Assembly (NCBI GenBank): GCA_963717525.1
Contig: OY970343.1
Span: 480,001 to 544,000 of the forward strand
Source: an uncultured Methanoregulaceae archaeon
GTDB lineage: Archaea > Halobacteriota > Methanomicrobia > Methanomicrobiales > Methanospirillaceae
Direction of reading: 5' to 3'
DNA: 64,000 nucleotides
A program made the position numbers and the translations under genes. Positions 44,123 to 55,446 of this stretch are shown piece by piece. The first letter of the stretch is position 1; each line of letters begins with the position of its first letter. The notes beneath the pieces are model-generated. The model did no database searches, was not told the DNA's origin, and was given only the letters and a program-made list of their open reading frames with translations.

Positions 44123-45555
44123 ATGGCCTCCCGTTACCTCCCGATGCTCGCCCGGCCCGCCCCCGCCCCGTTCAGCGGCGATGACTGGCTGTTCGAGATC
44201 AAGTGGGACGGCGTGCGGGCGATCGCGACCGTGGACGGGACGCTCTCCCTCCGGAGCAGGAACGGCACGGAACTGGCCGGCCGGTTCCCGGAACTCAACG
44301 AGCTCCTGACGCTCGCACCCGGCACAGTGCTCGACGGGGAGATCGTGGTGATGACGGGCGGGAAACCCGATATGCAGGCCCTTCTCCAGAGGTTACAGGC
44401 CGGCGTGCCCCGCACCGGCACCACACCGGTCACCTACATCATCTTTGACATCCTCGAACGGGACGGAAAACCCCTGACCGGGCTCCCCCTCTTCTCCGGC
44501 GAAAGCAGCTGGAGGCGGCGGTGCAGGAAGGTTCCCATGTCGTCCTCTCCGAACCCGTTGCGGGCCGGGGCGAGGACTATTACCGGGCCGCGGTAGCACA
44601 GGGCCTCGAAGGGGTCATGGCAAAACGCAGGGACAGCCGGTACGAGCCCGGTATCCGGAGCGGGATGTGGCTGAAGGTCAGGGCGCAGAAAAGCTGCGAC
44701 TGCGTGATCGCCGGCTACACACCCGGGCGGGGGATCCGGAAACCGGCCTTTGGGGCACTTCTCCTGGGGTTGTACGAGAACGATCTGCTGGTCCCGGTCG
44801 GCAAGGTCGGAACCGGCTTCTCCGCCCGGCTGCTCGGGGAGCTCGCGGAGCAGTTCGCACCGCTCGCGACAGCATTGCCACCGCCCTGGAGCGCCCGTGA
44901 GAAGGTCGTCTGGCTGGAACCGGTCCTCGTGTGCGAAGTGGCATACCAGGAAGTGACCCGTGACCGGAAACTGCGGATCCCCCGCTTTCTCCGTCTCCGT
45001 TCCGATAAGCCGGCGTCTTCCTGTACGATCGACCAGATCGAAGGCGGGCAATCGCATCCTGCACGAACGGCACCGGCTTCACCCTGGGCACGACCCGATG
45101 GCGTGCAACCCGGCCTGAGGAAGTATCATGAAAAACGGAATTTTTCTGTCACCAACGAACCGGAGGGACTACCGGATATGAGCGGGAACAGTTTTGTCAT
45201 CCAGGAACACCACTCCCACAAGCTGCACTACGATTTGAGGCTGGAGCGGGACGGGGTGCTCGCAAGCTGGGCGGTGCCAAAAGGCGTCCCCCTCGCCGTG
45301 GGCGAGAAGCACCTTGCGGTTGCTGTCGAAGATCACCCGCTTGAGTACGGAACGTTCGAGGGCGAGATCCCCAAAGGCCAGTATGGCGCCGGTACGGTCA
45401 CCATCTGGGACAGCGGGACGTACGAGACAAAACACTGGGACGCAGAGAAGATCGAGTTCACTCTCCACGGCAAACGGCTGGACGGGCCGTACGTGCTCGT
45501 GAAGTTCAAACGGGCGGGAAAGAACGAATGGCTGCTGTTCCGGGTGGCGGAGTGA
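44123..45555 (+). CDS. ligD: NHEJ ATP-dependent ligase fused to a C-terminal 3'-phosphoesterase; frameshift near 44490
   Basis: EIKWDGVR, LDGEIV, EGVMAK, WLKV, OB fold, then FVIQEH..HYDLRLE..SWAVPKG..EDHPLEY. Confidence 0.9.
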
Positions 45556-45556
45556 G

Positions 45557-45636
45557 GGCTTTGTCAAGTCTTCGGGAGTTATGACGAACACTACGTCGAA
45601 AAATATATGTCCCCTCCCGATGACTTGACAGAGGCC
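45557..45636. mobile_element. ~80-bp MITE-like element with IS6-like ends
   Basis: TGTCAAGTCTTCGGGAG (45562-45578) versus reverse complement of 45614-45630, TGTCAAGTCATCGGGAG: 16/17. Confidence 0.65.
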
Positions 45637-46454
45637 CCGGGAAAGCCTAGGAGTGTCTGCGGGCACGAGCGAGCACGAGCGATTGCTCGCCTTTTATGTA
45701 TGAGGATCCGGTCGATCCGATATAATATCCCGGTTTTTCCTGTCAATTTTTGAATCCTCATTCCCTGTCTTTTTTAGTTCTCGTCCAGAAAGCCGTGCAT
45801 TTCGTTTTATACGAGTAAAAGGAAAGAAAAACCTTTGCAACATTTTCTAAGCTGAAAACCGGAAAATCCGGATCCGGGATCCGGACCGGCCGGATCACAA
45901 AAAATATTCCCCAATACAACAAATGAAAAAACAGAATATCAACTAGTACCCAAAACGGACCCGGCTAGGACCGGCAAGATCAATAGGAACGATTCCGATT
46001 TATGCGCGTTTTCAGACGTAATCAAAAAACACAGAGTGTAAGCCTTTAAACTCTGTATTTCTCCAAAAAATTTCGGATGAGTATGACAATATTAATGTAA
46101 ATCGTCTAAAAAGGTTTAGATTTTTGTTTTATTGTCTTTTAATTGGTTTAATAGCTTTTAGTTATTTGTTGTTCCGGTGTTTTTATTTACGTATCTCTAA
46201 CAATGTAATATTTTTCATTTTACCCAAATATCACACGACAGTTAACACTTCCGTTCATCCCTCACCAAGTTAACAGAATCGTGTGGTCTGTTCTGGCACG
46301 TTGTTGGCAGTTCGGCACTCACCAAAATCCCCATTAAAAATCGGCGGGTGATGTAATTGCTGAAAATAAGGGTTGATGGCTATTATCGGTTTCCTTTGCG
46401 GCATATTTTTATGGGAAACACTTATCGCATAATTCTAAAAATGAGAGGAAGAGA

Positions 46455-46799
46455 TTAGTTCCTATTCTTTAGGAACAGTAAGATCACGGCGCACAGGCTT
46501 ATTGCCGCAAGAACTGGGATCACGTCAAGACCAGACTCGGTCGTATTTGTGGTTGTCGCGGTAGCTGTCGTGACATTTGTCGGCAACGGTGTGGTCACGG
46601 TTGTCATCACTTGAGTGGGTACAGTTGTAATATTTTCGTTAGTGTTTTCACCTACCCAATAGTCAAGACGTGCGCCACCACCCCCAGAACTACCTCCACC
46701 AGAAGATCCCCCCTTCGCCGCAGACACTGGTACCACAACAGTAACCAACGCAATAATCAATAGCAATGCAAGAACCAGACTTAACCGTTTCAGATCCAA
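46455..46799 (-). CDS. Small secreted/surface protein with Thr-rich stalk and C-terminal TM anchor
   Basis: Signal peptide, GS linker, N-x-T sequons, then SGL + TM + KNRN (PGF-CTERM-like layout). Confidence 0.7.
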   Translation of the reverse strand: MDLKRLSLVLALLLIIALVTVVVPVSAAKGGSSGGGSSGGGGARLDYWVGENTNENITTVPTQVMTTVTTPLPTNVTTATATTTNTTESGLDVIPVLAAISLCAVILLFLKNRN

Positions 46800-47130
46800 T
46801 CACATCAACTCCTTCATATCAATTTATGTTATTATCCTTGCCAGAGAATAAAAAAGGTTCTACTGGGTTCGTGGTTGATTGATAAGTTTTAGGGCATGTG
46901 GTAAGTGACGGTTGGTCTCGCACTTTCACGCCCCGCATGGCCTAGGCTCTAAAACCTGCATCGGCCATTTACTTTTACTGTGGGTCGCACATTTCTATCT
47001 ATCAGGCAGGGTATCAACGAGATTGCAGGTCGTTAGGCGCGGTCAGACTCGGTGGTTGAAAAACCCCGATCAGAAGTACGGAGAACTTCTTGTTCAATAT
47101 ACCAAAGCGTATTCGAGTGTGGCTTTTGAT

Positions 47131-47157
47131 GGTTCTGTCAAGTTGCCGGGACTTTTA
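47131..47157 (+). mobile_element. IS6-end-like motif
   Basis: GGTTCTGTCAAGTTGCCGGGACTTTTA. Confidence 0.5.
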
Positions 47158-47205
47158 GTAAAAATGATGGGGTGTTGGAGGGCGCAATCTTTTGGTACCC
47201 GGTTC

Positions 47206-48267
47206 TTATCTTTCACTGGCAAAAGCCTCTTTTACGAGGTCTTCCTGTTTTTTTGACAACTTTTCCGGGATCTTCACTATCGTTTTTACCATCAGGTCTC
47301 CCCGTTTGTCTGAATTCAGGTACGGCATCCCCTGCTCGCGGAGCCTGAAAAGCGTATGGCTCTGCGTCCCGGGAGGGATCTTCAGGTGCGCTTTACCCGT
47401 AATCGTGGGCACCTCTACCTCTCCGCCAAGAAGTGCGGTTTCAAGCCTGATGACCACGGAGCTGTAGAGATCTGCACCTTTGCGGTCGAACGTGCGGTCC
47501 GGCCGGATATGGATGACCGCGTACAGGTCACCGGGGGGGCCGTTGTTCTCGCCGGGTTCCCCCTCCCCCGGGATCCTCAGAAACTGTCCGTCTTCCACTC
47601 CGCGGGGGACCGAGACCTCGATCTTCCGGGTCTTCTGCACCGACCCCTTTCCTTTGCAGGCCGGACAGGGCTTGTCGATGATCCTTCCCTCTCCCCGGCA
47701 GGCCGGACAGACCGAGATATTCATTACCTGGCGGTTGCCGTTTCTCTGGATATTCCTGACCTCGCCGCTCCCCTGGCAGGTCGGGCAGATCCGCATGGAA
47801 CCCGATTCTGCCCCCGTGCCATGACAGGTCCCACAGGTATAATGATGCGGTACACCGACCGTATTTTTCGTGCCGTGAAATGCATCGGCGAGTGAGATCT
47901 CAATCTCGTACCGGAGATCCGCTCCCCCACGCTGGCGGGGACGCGGAGAACCATCGGAATATGCATCGAAAATATCCCCTAGGCCAAAGTCCCGGAAAAG
48001 GTCATCGTAGCTGGGCGGTTTATAGCCGGCATAGTCCCCGGGCCGGAAGTCCGCGTGGCCGATCTGGTCGTACTGTGTTTTTTTCTGGGGATCTGAAAGC
48101 ACTTGGTAGGCCTCGTTGATCTCCTTGAATTTCTCCTCGGCCTCCTTGCTCCCTTTGTTGAGATCCGGATGATACTTCCGTGCAAGCTGCCGGAATGCTT
48201 TCTTGATGTCATCCTGCGATGCATCCTTTTTAGCGCCGAGGATCTCGTAATAGTCTTTCTCTGCCAT
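47206..48267 (-). CDS. dnaJ: Chaperone DnaJ
   Basis: J domain with HPD; four CxxCxGxG repeats. Confidence 0.96.
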   Translation of the reverse strand: MAEKDYYEILGAKKDASQDDIKKAFRQLARKYHPDLNKGSKEAEEKFKEINEAYQVLSDPQKKTQYDQIGHADFRPGDYAGYKPPSYDDLFRDFGLGDIFDAYSDGSPRPRQRGGADLRYEIEISLADAFHGTKNTVGVPHHYTCGTCHGTGAESGSMRICPTCQGSGEVRNIQRNGNRQVMNISVCPACRGEGRIIDKPCPACKGKGSVQKTRKIEVSVPRGVEDGQFLRIPGEGEPGENNGPPGDLYAVIHIRPDRTFDRKGADLYSSVVIRLETALLGGEVEVPTITGKAHLKIPPGTQSHTLFRLREQGMPYLNSDKRGDLMVKTIVKIPEKLSKKQEDLVKEAFASER

Positions 48268-48287
48268 GGTTTTTTTTAAAAAAAGGA

Positions 48288-50165
48288 TTATTTCTCATCC
48301 TTTACTTTGAAATCAGCATCGACGACCTTTTCGCCGCCCGGGCCGGTCGTCTCACCCTGGGGAGATTCATTTCCTGCAGGACCTGCCTGCTGCTGGGACT
48401 GCGCCTGCTGCCGGGCAGCTTCCGCGTAAACGGCAGACCCGGCCTCCCCGAGAACCTTCTGGAGATTTTCCATTTCTGCCTTGATCTTTGCGGTATCTTT
48501 TCCTTCCAGCGCGGTCTTTACCGTAACGATAGCCGCATTCACCTTGTCAATGAGATCGGAACTTATTTTTCCGGCAAGATCGGATTTCGTCTTTTCCGCG
48601 GTATAAACCAGGGAGTCCGCCGTATTACGGATCTCGACTTCCTCTTTTCGCCGTTTGTCCTCTTCTTCGAACTGTTGTGCATCATTGACCATCTTTTTTA
48701 TATCAGATTCTGCCAGCTTGGACGAGGCAGTGATGGTCATCTTCTGCTCTTTACCGGTGCCGAGATCCTTTGCAGATACGTTCAGGATACCTGATGCATC
48801 GATATCGAACGAGACTTCGATCTGGGGAACACCGCGGGGTGCCGGGGGAATGCCGACGAGGTTGAACTGCCCGAGGCTCACATTGTCTGCTGCCATGGGA
48901 CGTTCACCCTGGAGCACATGGATGGTAACTGAGGTCTGGGTATCCGCCGCGGTGGAAAAGATCTGGCTCTTTTTGATCGGAATCGTAGTGTTCCTCTCGA
49001 TCAACGGGGTCCTCACGCCGCCAAGCGTCTCGAGACCAAGCGTAAGTGGAGTCACATCAAGGAGCACCATATCCTTGATCTCGCCACCTAAGATTGCACC
49101 CTGGATTGCCGCTCCGATGGCGACACACTCCATCGGGTCGATTCCCCGCTCCGCCGTCCTCCCGACACGGTCCTCGATGAACTTCTGGACCACGGGCATC
49201 CGTGTCGGCCCTCCGACAAGGATCACCTTCTGGATATCATCTTTTTTCAGTTTTGCATCCTTCAGGGCCTGTTCACACGGCTGAATGCAGCGGCTGATAA
49301 TCGGTTCGATCAGCTGTTCGAGTTTTGCCCGGGTCAGTTTCATGGCGAGATGTTTCGGGCCTGACTGGGTTGCAGAAACATAGGGGAGATTGATCTCGGT
49401 TTCTATGACGGTGGATAATTCGATCTTTGCCTTTTCAGCGGCTTCTTTCACCCGGTTGACAGCCATCTTGTCACTCCGGAGATCGATCCCCTCGACTTTT
49501 TTGAATTCGTCGGCAATCCAGTCAAAGATTGCATTATCCATATCTGTCCCGCCCAGCTGGGTGTCGCCCGAGGTTGCAAGGACCGTGAACGTCCCGCCGC
49601 CGAATTCCATGATGGTCACATCGAGCGTGCCTCCGCCAAGGTCAAAGACTAGGATCTTGTACTCACCGCTGCGGTCAAGGCCGTACGCCATCGATGCTGC
49701 CGTGGGTTCATTGACTAGCCTGACAACATCCAGCCCTGCAATTTTGCCTGCGTCCTTGGTAGCCGTTCTCTGGTTGTCGTTGAAGTAGGCGGGAACGGTA
49801 ATCACGGCCTTGGTCACCGGTTCCCCCAGGAATGCTTCTGCATCCCTTTTTATCTTCTGCAGGATATAGGCAGAGATCTGCTGGGGCGTGTATTCCTTGC
49901 CGTATATCTTGTACACGTGATCCGATCCCATCTTCCGTTTTACCGCCGTGACCGTACCTGACGGGTTGCTCACTGCCTGCCGCCGCGCCGGTTCTCCGAC
50001 GAGAAGCTGACCGTCCGGCGTGAACGCAACGTACGAGGGAAACATCTTACCGGCAACGGTTGCCCCTTCTGCAGAGGGAATAATGGTCGCTTTGCCCCCG
50101 AGCATCACCGCGCCTTCACTGTTCGAAGTCCCAAGATCAATTCCGATAATCTTCTCTTTAGCCAT
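48288..50165 (-). CDS. dnaK: Chaperone DnaK (Hsp70)
   Basis: [34 protein letters not shown]. Confidence 0.97.
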   Translation of the reverse strand: MAKEKIIGIDLGTSNSEGAVMLGGKATIIPSAEGATVAGKMFPSYVAFTPDGQLLVGEPARRQAVSNPSGTVTAVKRKMGSDHVYKIYGKEYTPQQISAYILQKIKRDAEAFLGEPVTKAVITVPAYFNDNQRTATKDAGKIAGLDVVRLVNEPTAASMAYGLDRSGEYKILVFDLGGGTLDVTIMEFGGGTFTVLATSGDTQLGGTDMDNAIFDWIADEFKKVEGIDLRSDKMAVNRVKEAAEKAKIELSTVIETEINLPYVSATQSGPKHLAMKLTRAKLEQLIEPIISRCIQPCEQALKDAKLKKDDIQKVILVGGPTRMPVVQKFIEDRVGRTAERGIDPMECVAIGAAIQGAILGGEIKDMVLLDVTPLTLGLETLGGVRTPLIERNTTIPIKKSQIFSTAADTQTSVTIHVLQGERPMAADNVSLGQFNLVGIPPAPRGVPQIEVSFDIDASGILNVSAKDLGTGKEQKMTITASSKLAESDIKKMVNDAQQFEEEDKRRKEEVEIRNTADSLVYTAEKTKSDLAGKISSDLIDKVNAAIVTVKTALEGKDTAKIKAEMENLQKVLGEAGSAVYAEAARQQAQSQQQAGPAGNESPQGETTGPGGEKVVDADFKVKDEK

Positions 50166-50685
50166 TGTTTTCACCTTCATGTTCTCCAACGTTTTCTGCA
50201 ATCACTACTTTCGATGGTCGGATAACCTTTGATTTCAGCTGGTAGCCCTTTCCGATCTCGTTAACCACCGTATCAGGTTCCCTGGTGCATTGCTCCCTGC
50301 ACAGTACGTCATGAAAATTCGGATCGAATTTTTTCCCCACGCAGTCTATGGGATGGAGTCCATAACCAGCAAGGATTTTCAAGAGTTTTTTCTGGATCAT
50401 CAAAACTCCCTCCTTGTTTTTTTCCTTTTCGAGTGACGGGAGCGCTCGTTCGAAATCATCGAGGATGACGAGGAGGTCTTTGATCAGGTCCTCGTTCGCG
50501 AGCGCTATGATCGCGCCTTTCTCTTTCTCAGACCATTTGCGATAATTATCAAAATCTGCCTGGAGGTATTTCAGCCGGTTCAGCCGCTCCTCTGCCAGAT
50601 CTGTTTTCTCATCGAGGTCTTTTTTCAGCCGTTCGATCTCTTCCGTCAGCGATTGTTTTTTCTGCTGAACATCATCGGTGTCCAT
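50158..50685 (-). CDS. grpE: Nucleotide exchange factor GrpE
   Basis: [29 protein letters not shown]. Confidence 0.94.
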   Translation of the reverse strand: MDTDDVQQKKQSLTEEIERLKKDLDEKTDLAEERLNRLKYLQADFDNYRKWSEKEKGAIIALANEDLIKDLLVILDDFERALPSLEKEKNKEGVLMIQKKLLKILAGYGLHPIDCVGKKFDPNFHDVLCREQCTREPDTVVNEIGKGYQLKSKVIRPSKVVIAENVGEHEGENNG

Positions 50686-50921
50686 TGAAACGTCCTTAAC
50701 TTCTTAATGCTCTTTAACCTTTGCTTAGGGCAGTCCTTCATCGGACCGGCGATGTTTTCTCCAGGTTCCCGAGGGAAAGGTTCAGCCTGGCACTCACCCG
50801 CAAGGGAAATGTTTACGATGCTGCACGTGACATCTTTATTGTTCAACGTTTCCTGAAAGGTCAGTTTTACCCCCCTTTGTTCCCGGTCATAATCGTGAAT
50901 CTCCTTTGAATGATTTACCAT
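50646..50921 (-). CDS. Possible leader ORF upstream of grpE (91 aa)
   Basis: ATG about 20 nt after the TATA box; its 5' part is homologous to the clpB leader. Confidence 0.35.
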   Translation of the reverse strand: MVNHSKEIHDYDREQRGVKLTFQETLNNKDVTCSIVNISLAGECQAEPFPREPGENIAGPMKDCPKQRLKSIKKLRTFQWTPMMFSRKNNR

Positions 50922-50946
50922 AAGTTAGTATGATATAGTATATAAA
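50908..50946 (-). promoter_or_regulatory. grpE-dnaK-dnaJ promoter: TATA box plus putative heat-shock operator
   Basis: Minus strand TTTATATACTATATCATACTAACTTATGGTAAATCATTC; near-identical to the clpB promoter. Confidence 0.75.
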
Positions 50947-51060
50947 ATGTTGGTATGGGGGGCTATGCATATAAAGTCCCATTTTGACCCGACTTTAGGT
51001 GCAGACTTAGACTTATCAGCATCCTTATATTATCATGAGGTAGAACAGGAGATCGATTTT

Positions 51061-53484
51061 ATGACCGGTGATTCGATCACCCCGGACACAACAACAGCGG
51101 CACCGGATCAGGGATTCATGAACGGACTTTCCAGTACCGAGGTAACTGACCTCCGGCACCGGTTTGGCTTCAACGATCTCCCTGAAGAAAAGAAACACCC
51201 GCTGCTCAAATTCCTTTCCTATTTCTGGGGCCCTATCCCGTGGATGATCGAGGCAGCAGCCATCCTGTCGGCGGCAATTTCGAACTGGGAAGACTTTGCC
51301 GTGATTCTCCTCCTTCTGATAACCAATGCGGTTGTCGGATTTCTCCAGGAGAGAAAAGCGGAGAACGCCATTGAACTCTTAAAAAAGCAGCTCGCCCCCA
51401 ATGCCCGAGTCCTCCGGGACGGGATCTGGCAGGAAATACCGGCTCGCGAACTCGTGCCCGGGGATATCGTCCATATCCGGCTCGGGGATATCGTCCCGGC
51501 AGATGCCGTCCTTGGCAAGGGAAAGTATCTCCTTCTCGATGAATCGGCACTGACCGGTGAATCCCTCCCGGTCGAAAAGAAGTCGGGTGATACGGTGTAC
51601 TCTGGATCCATCGTCCGTCAGGGTGAGATGGATGCAACGGTCACCACAATAGGGGGAAACACCTTTTTTGGCAAGACCGCCCGGCTTGTCCAGGTAAAAT
51701 CTCCGCGAAGCCACTTCCAGGCCGCCATCGAAAAGATCGGGAATTATCTTATTATTCTCGCTGTTGTGCTGGTCAGCATCATTTTTATTGTCGCACTCAT
51801 ACGGTCTGAATCTTTTGTGGACACACTTCAGTTCGCCCTCATTCTGGTGGTAGCAGCAATTCCTGCGGCACTTCCCGCCGTAATGACCGTGACCATGGCC
51901 GTCGGCGCCGTGGCCCTGGCAAAAAAGGAGGCGATTGTCAGCCGGCTTTCTGCTATAGAAGAGATGGCGGGAATGGATATCCTCTGCTCCGATAAGACCG
52001 GGACCATCACGCAGAATTCCATTAGCATCGGTGAGATCAGAACTTTTCCTGGGGTTTCCGAACAGGATGTCATTATCGCGGCTGGGCTGGCCTCAAAAAA
52101 AGAGAGCAATGATCCTATCGATATGGCAATCATCGAAAAATCCGGATCTGCAACCACTTTCGAAGAACCCGGTACCCAAGGATACGAGGTTATCGATTTT
52201 GTGCCATTCGACCCGGACTCAAAATATACAAAGGCGAAGGTCAGGAACGCTGGTGGAACAGTAATTGAAGTGGCAAAGGGTGCTCCTCAGGCAATTGCCT
52301 CCCTTGCCGGGAAAGAAGCGGTACTCGGTTCAACGCTGGACGGCTGGATAACGGCATTTGCTGAGAAAGGGTACCGGGCGCTTGGCGTTGGACGGACAAT
52401 ACCGGACGGTACATGGCAGTATCTTGGCCTGATCGGACTTTTCGATCCGCCCCGGGAGGATGCTGCGGCCACGATCGCCGAGGCAAAAAAACGTGGCGTG
52501 AACGTGAAAATGGTGACCGGGGATCATGTCGCCATTGCCAAGGAGATCGCCGGAAAGGTAGGTCTTGGCCAGAATATCCTTCCCCGGACTGCGCTGGCTG
52601 CCGGTGACGGGGACGAGTCCCGGAAACAGATGGAGTCTGCCGATGGGTTCGCACAGGTTCTCCCTGAAGACAAGTTCCGGATTGTAAAAATCCTCCAGGG
52701 TGGCAACCATATTGTCGGGATGACCGGGGACGGTGTGAATGATGCGCCGGCACTTCGGGAGGCAGATGCCGGCATTGCGGTTGCCGGTGCAACAGATGCT
52801 GCAAAATCTGCCGCAGATATCGTCCTGACAAGACCCGGGCTCTCGGTTATCATTGATGCGATCGAGAGAAGCCGGGAAATATTCCGGCGGATGGAAAATT
52901 ATGCGGTCTACCGCATCGCCGAGACGGTCCGGGTCCTGATATTCCTGACTCTTTGTATTGTGCTCCTTAATTTTTACCCGGTTACTGCACTCATGCTGGT
53001 TGTGCTCGCTATCCTCAACGATCTTCCCATCATGATGATTGCCTTTGATAATGCACCGGTCGCAGCAAAGCCCGTGCGCTGGCAGATGAACCGTATCCTG
53101 ACACTCGCATCTATCCTCGGGATCCTCGGTGTGGTTTCAAGTTTTATCCTTCTCTGGGTTGCACGGGAATATTTCCATCTTGATCCCGGCGTCATCCAGA
53201 CGCTCATTTTCCTCAAGCTTGCTGTTGCCGGCCACATGACGATTTACCTTGCCCGTACCGGCCAGCAGCATTTCTGGGAACGGCCGTTGCCGGCGTTCGC
53301 TCTTTTTGGCACTGCAGAAATAACGCAGGTAGCCGCCACTCTGATCGCGATCTACGGTGTTTTCATCATGACGCCCATCGGGTGGTCGCTTGCGCTCATA
53401 GTCTGGGGCTATGCACTGGTATGGTTCGTGATCAACGACCAGGTCAAGGTATTGTTGTTCAGGAAGATCCATCCCTATTCGTGA
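51061..53484 (+). CDS. P3A-type plasma-membrane H+-efflux ATPase
   Basis: FWGPIPWMIEAAA, TGES, DKTGT, KGAP, TGDGVND, ILND. Confidence 0.92.
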   Translation: MTGDSITPDTTTAAPDQGFMNGLSSTEVTDLRHRFGFNDLPEEKKHPLLKFLSYFWGPIPWMIEAAAILSAAISNWEDFAVILLLLITNAVVGFLQERKAENAIELLKKQLAPNARVLRDGIWQEIPARELVPGDIVHIRLGDIVPADAVLGKGKYLLLDESALTGESLPVEKKSGDTVYSGSIVRQGEMDATVTTIGGNTFFGKTARLVQVKSPRSHFQAAIEKIGNYLIILAVVLVSIIFIVALIRSESFVDTLQFALILVVAAIPAALPAVMTVTMAVGAVALAKKEAIVSRLSAIEEMAGMDILCSDKTGTITQNSISIGEIRTFPGVSEQDVIIAAGLASKKESNDPIDMAIIEKSGSATTFEEPGTQGYEVIDFVPFDPDSKYTKAKVRNAGGTVIEVAKGAPQAIASLAGKEAVLGSTLDGWITAFAEKGYRALGVGRTIPDGTWQYLGLIGLFDPPREDAAATIAEAKKRGVNVKMVTGDHVAIAKEIAGKVGLGQNILPRTALAAGDGDESRKQMESADGFAQVLPEDKFRIVKILQGGNHIVGMTGDGVNDAPALREADAGIAVAGATDAAKSAADIVLTRPGLSVIIDAIERSREIFRRMENYAVYRIAETVRVLIFLTLCIVLLNFYPVTALMLVVLAILNDLPIMMIAFDNAPVAAKPVRWQMNRILTLASILGILGVVSSFILLWVAREYFHLDPGVIQTLIFLKLAVAGHMTIYLARTGQQHFWERPLPAFALFGTAEITQVAATLIAIYGVFIMTPIGWSLALIVWGYALVWFVINDQVKVLLFRKIHPYS

Positions 53485-53610
53485 TCCGGTTTTTTGGCGG
53501 ACGGTTTGCCCGGCCACGGTGAGCCGAGGATACTACGGTCGGAAAAATTCACCGGTTCATAATGAGAACACAGAAATAGGTCAGGAAAATAATAAAAAAT
53601 CCATATCATT

Positions 53611-55431
53611 ATGGCATTTTCGTTCCCTTACGGCTTCACCCCAACAAAACGGATCACCATAATTGCGATAATCATCGGGGTTATTGCCGGTTTCGGCTCC
53701 GTTCTTTTTTACGAGGGGCTCAAATGGGGAACAGCATTTTTCATGGGGTACCTTCTGCACTATGCCTACCCGCAGGAAGGCCAGAGCGTTGCCGCGATCA
53801 GCCAGTGGTCGGAACCAAATTCGCTCGTCCTTTTAATTCCAATCATGATATTAGGAAGCCTCTTGTCCGGGATCCTTGTCACCCGGCTTGCGCCGGAAGC
53901 AGAAGGCGATGGCACCGATGCAGCGTTCAAGGCATTCCACAGCGATGGCAGGATACGGAAACGGATTCCGGTCTTAAAAGCGATCACGTCAATCCTCACG
54001 ATCTCAACCGGGGGAAGTGCAGGAAGGGAAGGGCCTGCCGCCCAGATCGCGGGAGGTTTTGGATCCCTTGTTGCGGAGATGTTCGGCCTCTCCCCCCGGG
54101 AGAGGAGAATTGCACTCGCAACCGGGATCGGGGCAGGGATCGGGACCATATTCAAGGCACCGCTGGGCGGGGCGGTGCTTGCTGCAGAGGTACTCTACAC
54201 CCGGGACTTTGAATCCGACGCGATCATCCCGGCATTTATTGCATCGGTGATCGGCTATGCAATTTTCGGGTTCTTCGAAGGATATGCGCCCATCTTCTCG
54301 CTCAACCCGCTCGCCTGGACCCTCTGGCAGATCCCGCTCTTCATCCTGCTGGGTGTCCTGTGCGCGGCGTTCGGGTTCCTCTTCATCTTTGTTTACTACT
54401 GGAGCAACGACCGGTTTATCTCGGTATTCAAAAAGCATGATCTCCCGCAATACTTAAAACCAGTCGCCGGTGCCCTCCTCCTTGGGGGATTTGTTATCGG
54501 TCTTGCCCTCATCTCCCCGCAGGCAGAGACGCTCGGCCTTGCCAGCCTTGGAACCAGTTACGGCTTCGACCAGCTCATGTTGTATTCCCTGCTCCCGATT
54601 GCAGTTGTACTGATGCTGCCGTTTGCCAAGATCCTTGCAACCTCTCTCACCCTTGGCTCCGGGGGAAGCGGGGGGGTGTTTGCCCCGGGGCTCACCATCG
54701 GGGCCGCGGTCGGCGCAGCGCTCGGGGTAACCCTGCACCTGCTCTTCCCGGCGTATGTCCCGGTTGAAACGATCCCGGTCTTTGTGGTTGTTGGCATGAT
54801 CTCCCTCTTTGGGGCTGTGGCAAAGGCACCTGTTGCCGTTCTGATCATGGTTGTCGAAATGGTGGGGAGCATCACGATCCTGATACCGGCGATGGCCGCG
54901 GTCGCCGTCTCCCACCTGCTGACCGGTGAAAAGGGTATCTTCAAGGACCAGGTGCCCACCAAGGCCCAGTCCGGCGCCCACCGGGGGGAGTATGACCACG
55001 AAACCCTCGAAGGAATACTGGTCCGGGACGCAATGACACCGGGGGAGGCAGTCGTCACGCTCTCCCCTGCAGATGAGCCGGCAAAAGTCGTCGACCTCAT
55101 GACAAAAACCGGGCATACCGGTTTTCCCATTGTTGAGAACGGCCGCCTTGTCGGGATTATAACGAACCGGGATGTGAGCGCGCTGCGGGCCGCAGATAAG
55201 ACGTGCCCAAGCATACATGAGGCCATGACATTCAAGCCGTTTATCATTCATCCGGATGATACCCTTGAGGATGCTCTTGCCATCATGGTCGGCCAGAACT
55301 TCGATCACCTTCCGGTAGTCCGGAAGGAAACACCGGATATGCTGGCCGGTTTTCTTACCCGCTCCGATATCCTGAGAACCTACGTTCAGGCAGGTTATCT
55401 GGCAGCGTGCCAGAAACAAAAATCTCCATGA
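53611..55431 (+). CDS. ClC chloride channel/antiporter with CBS domains
   Basis: GSAGREGP, GGSGGVFAP, C-terminal CBS pair. Confidence 0.92.
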   Translation: MAFSFPYGFTPTKRITIIAIIIGVIAGFGSVLFYEGLKWGTAFFMGYLLHYAYPQEGQSVAAISQWSEPNSLVLLIPIMILGSLLSGILVTRLAPEAEGDGTDAAFKAFHSDGRIRKRIPVLKAITSILTISTGGSAGREGPAAQIAGGFGSLVAEMFGLSPRERRIALATGIGAGIGTIFKAPLGGAVLAAEVLYTRDFESDAIIPAFIASVIGYAIFGFFEGYAPIFSLNPLAWTLWQIPLFILLGVLCAAFGFLFIFVYYWSNDRFISVFKKHDLPQYLKPVAGALLLGGFVIGLALISPQAETLGLASLGTSYGFDQLMLYSLLPIAVVLMLPFAKILATSLTLGSGGSGGVFAPGLTIGAAVGAALGVTLHLLFPAYVPVETIPVFVVVGMISLFGAVAKAPVAVLIMVVEMVGSITILIPAMAAVAVSHLLTGEKGIFKDQVPTKAQSGAHRGEYDHETLEGILVRDAMTPGEAVVTLSPADEPAKVVDLMTKTGHTGFPIVENGRLVGIITNRDVSALRAADKTCPSIHEAMTFKPFIIHPDDTLEDALAIMVGQNFDHLPVVRKETPDMLAGFLTRSDILRTYVQAGYLAACQKQKSP

Positions 55432-55446
55432 TAAGGAAGCGAAATA

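Noticed and set aside
45640..46450. Possible ncRNA or origin in a long AT-rich intergenic region
   Set aside because: Only short imperfect hairpins (e.g. ACAGAGT...ACTCTGT near 46031-46056); no ORB, tRNA or known RNA motif recognised
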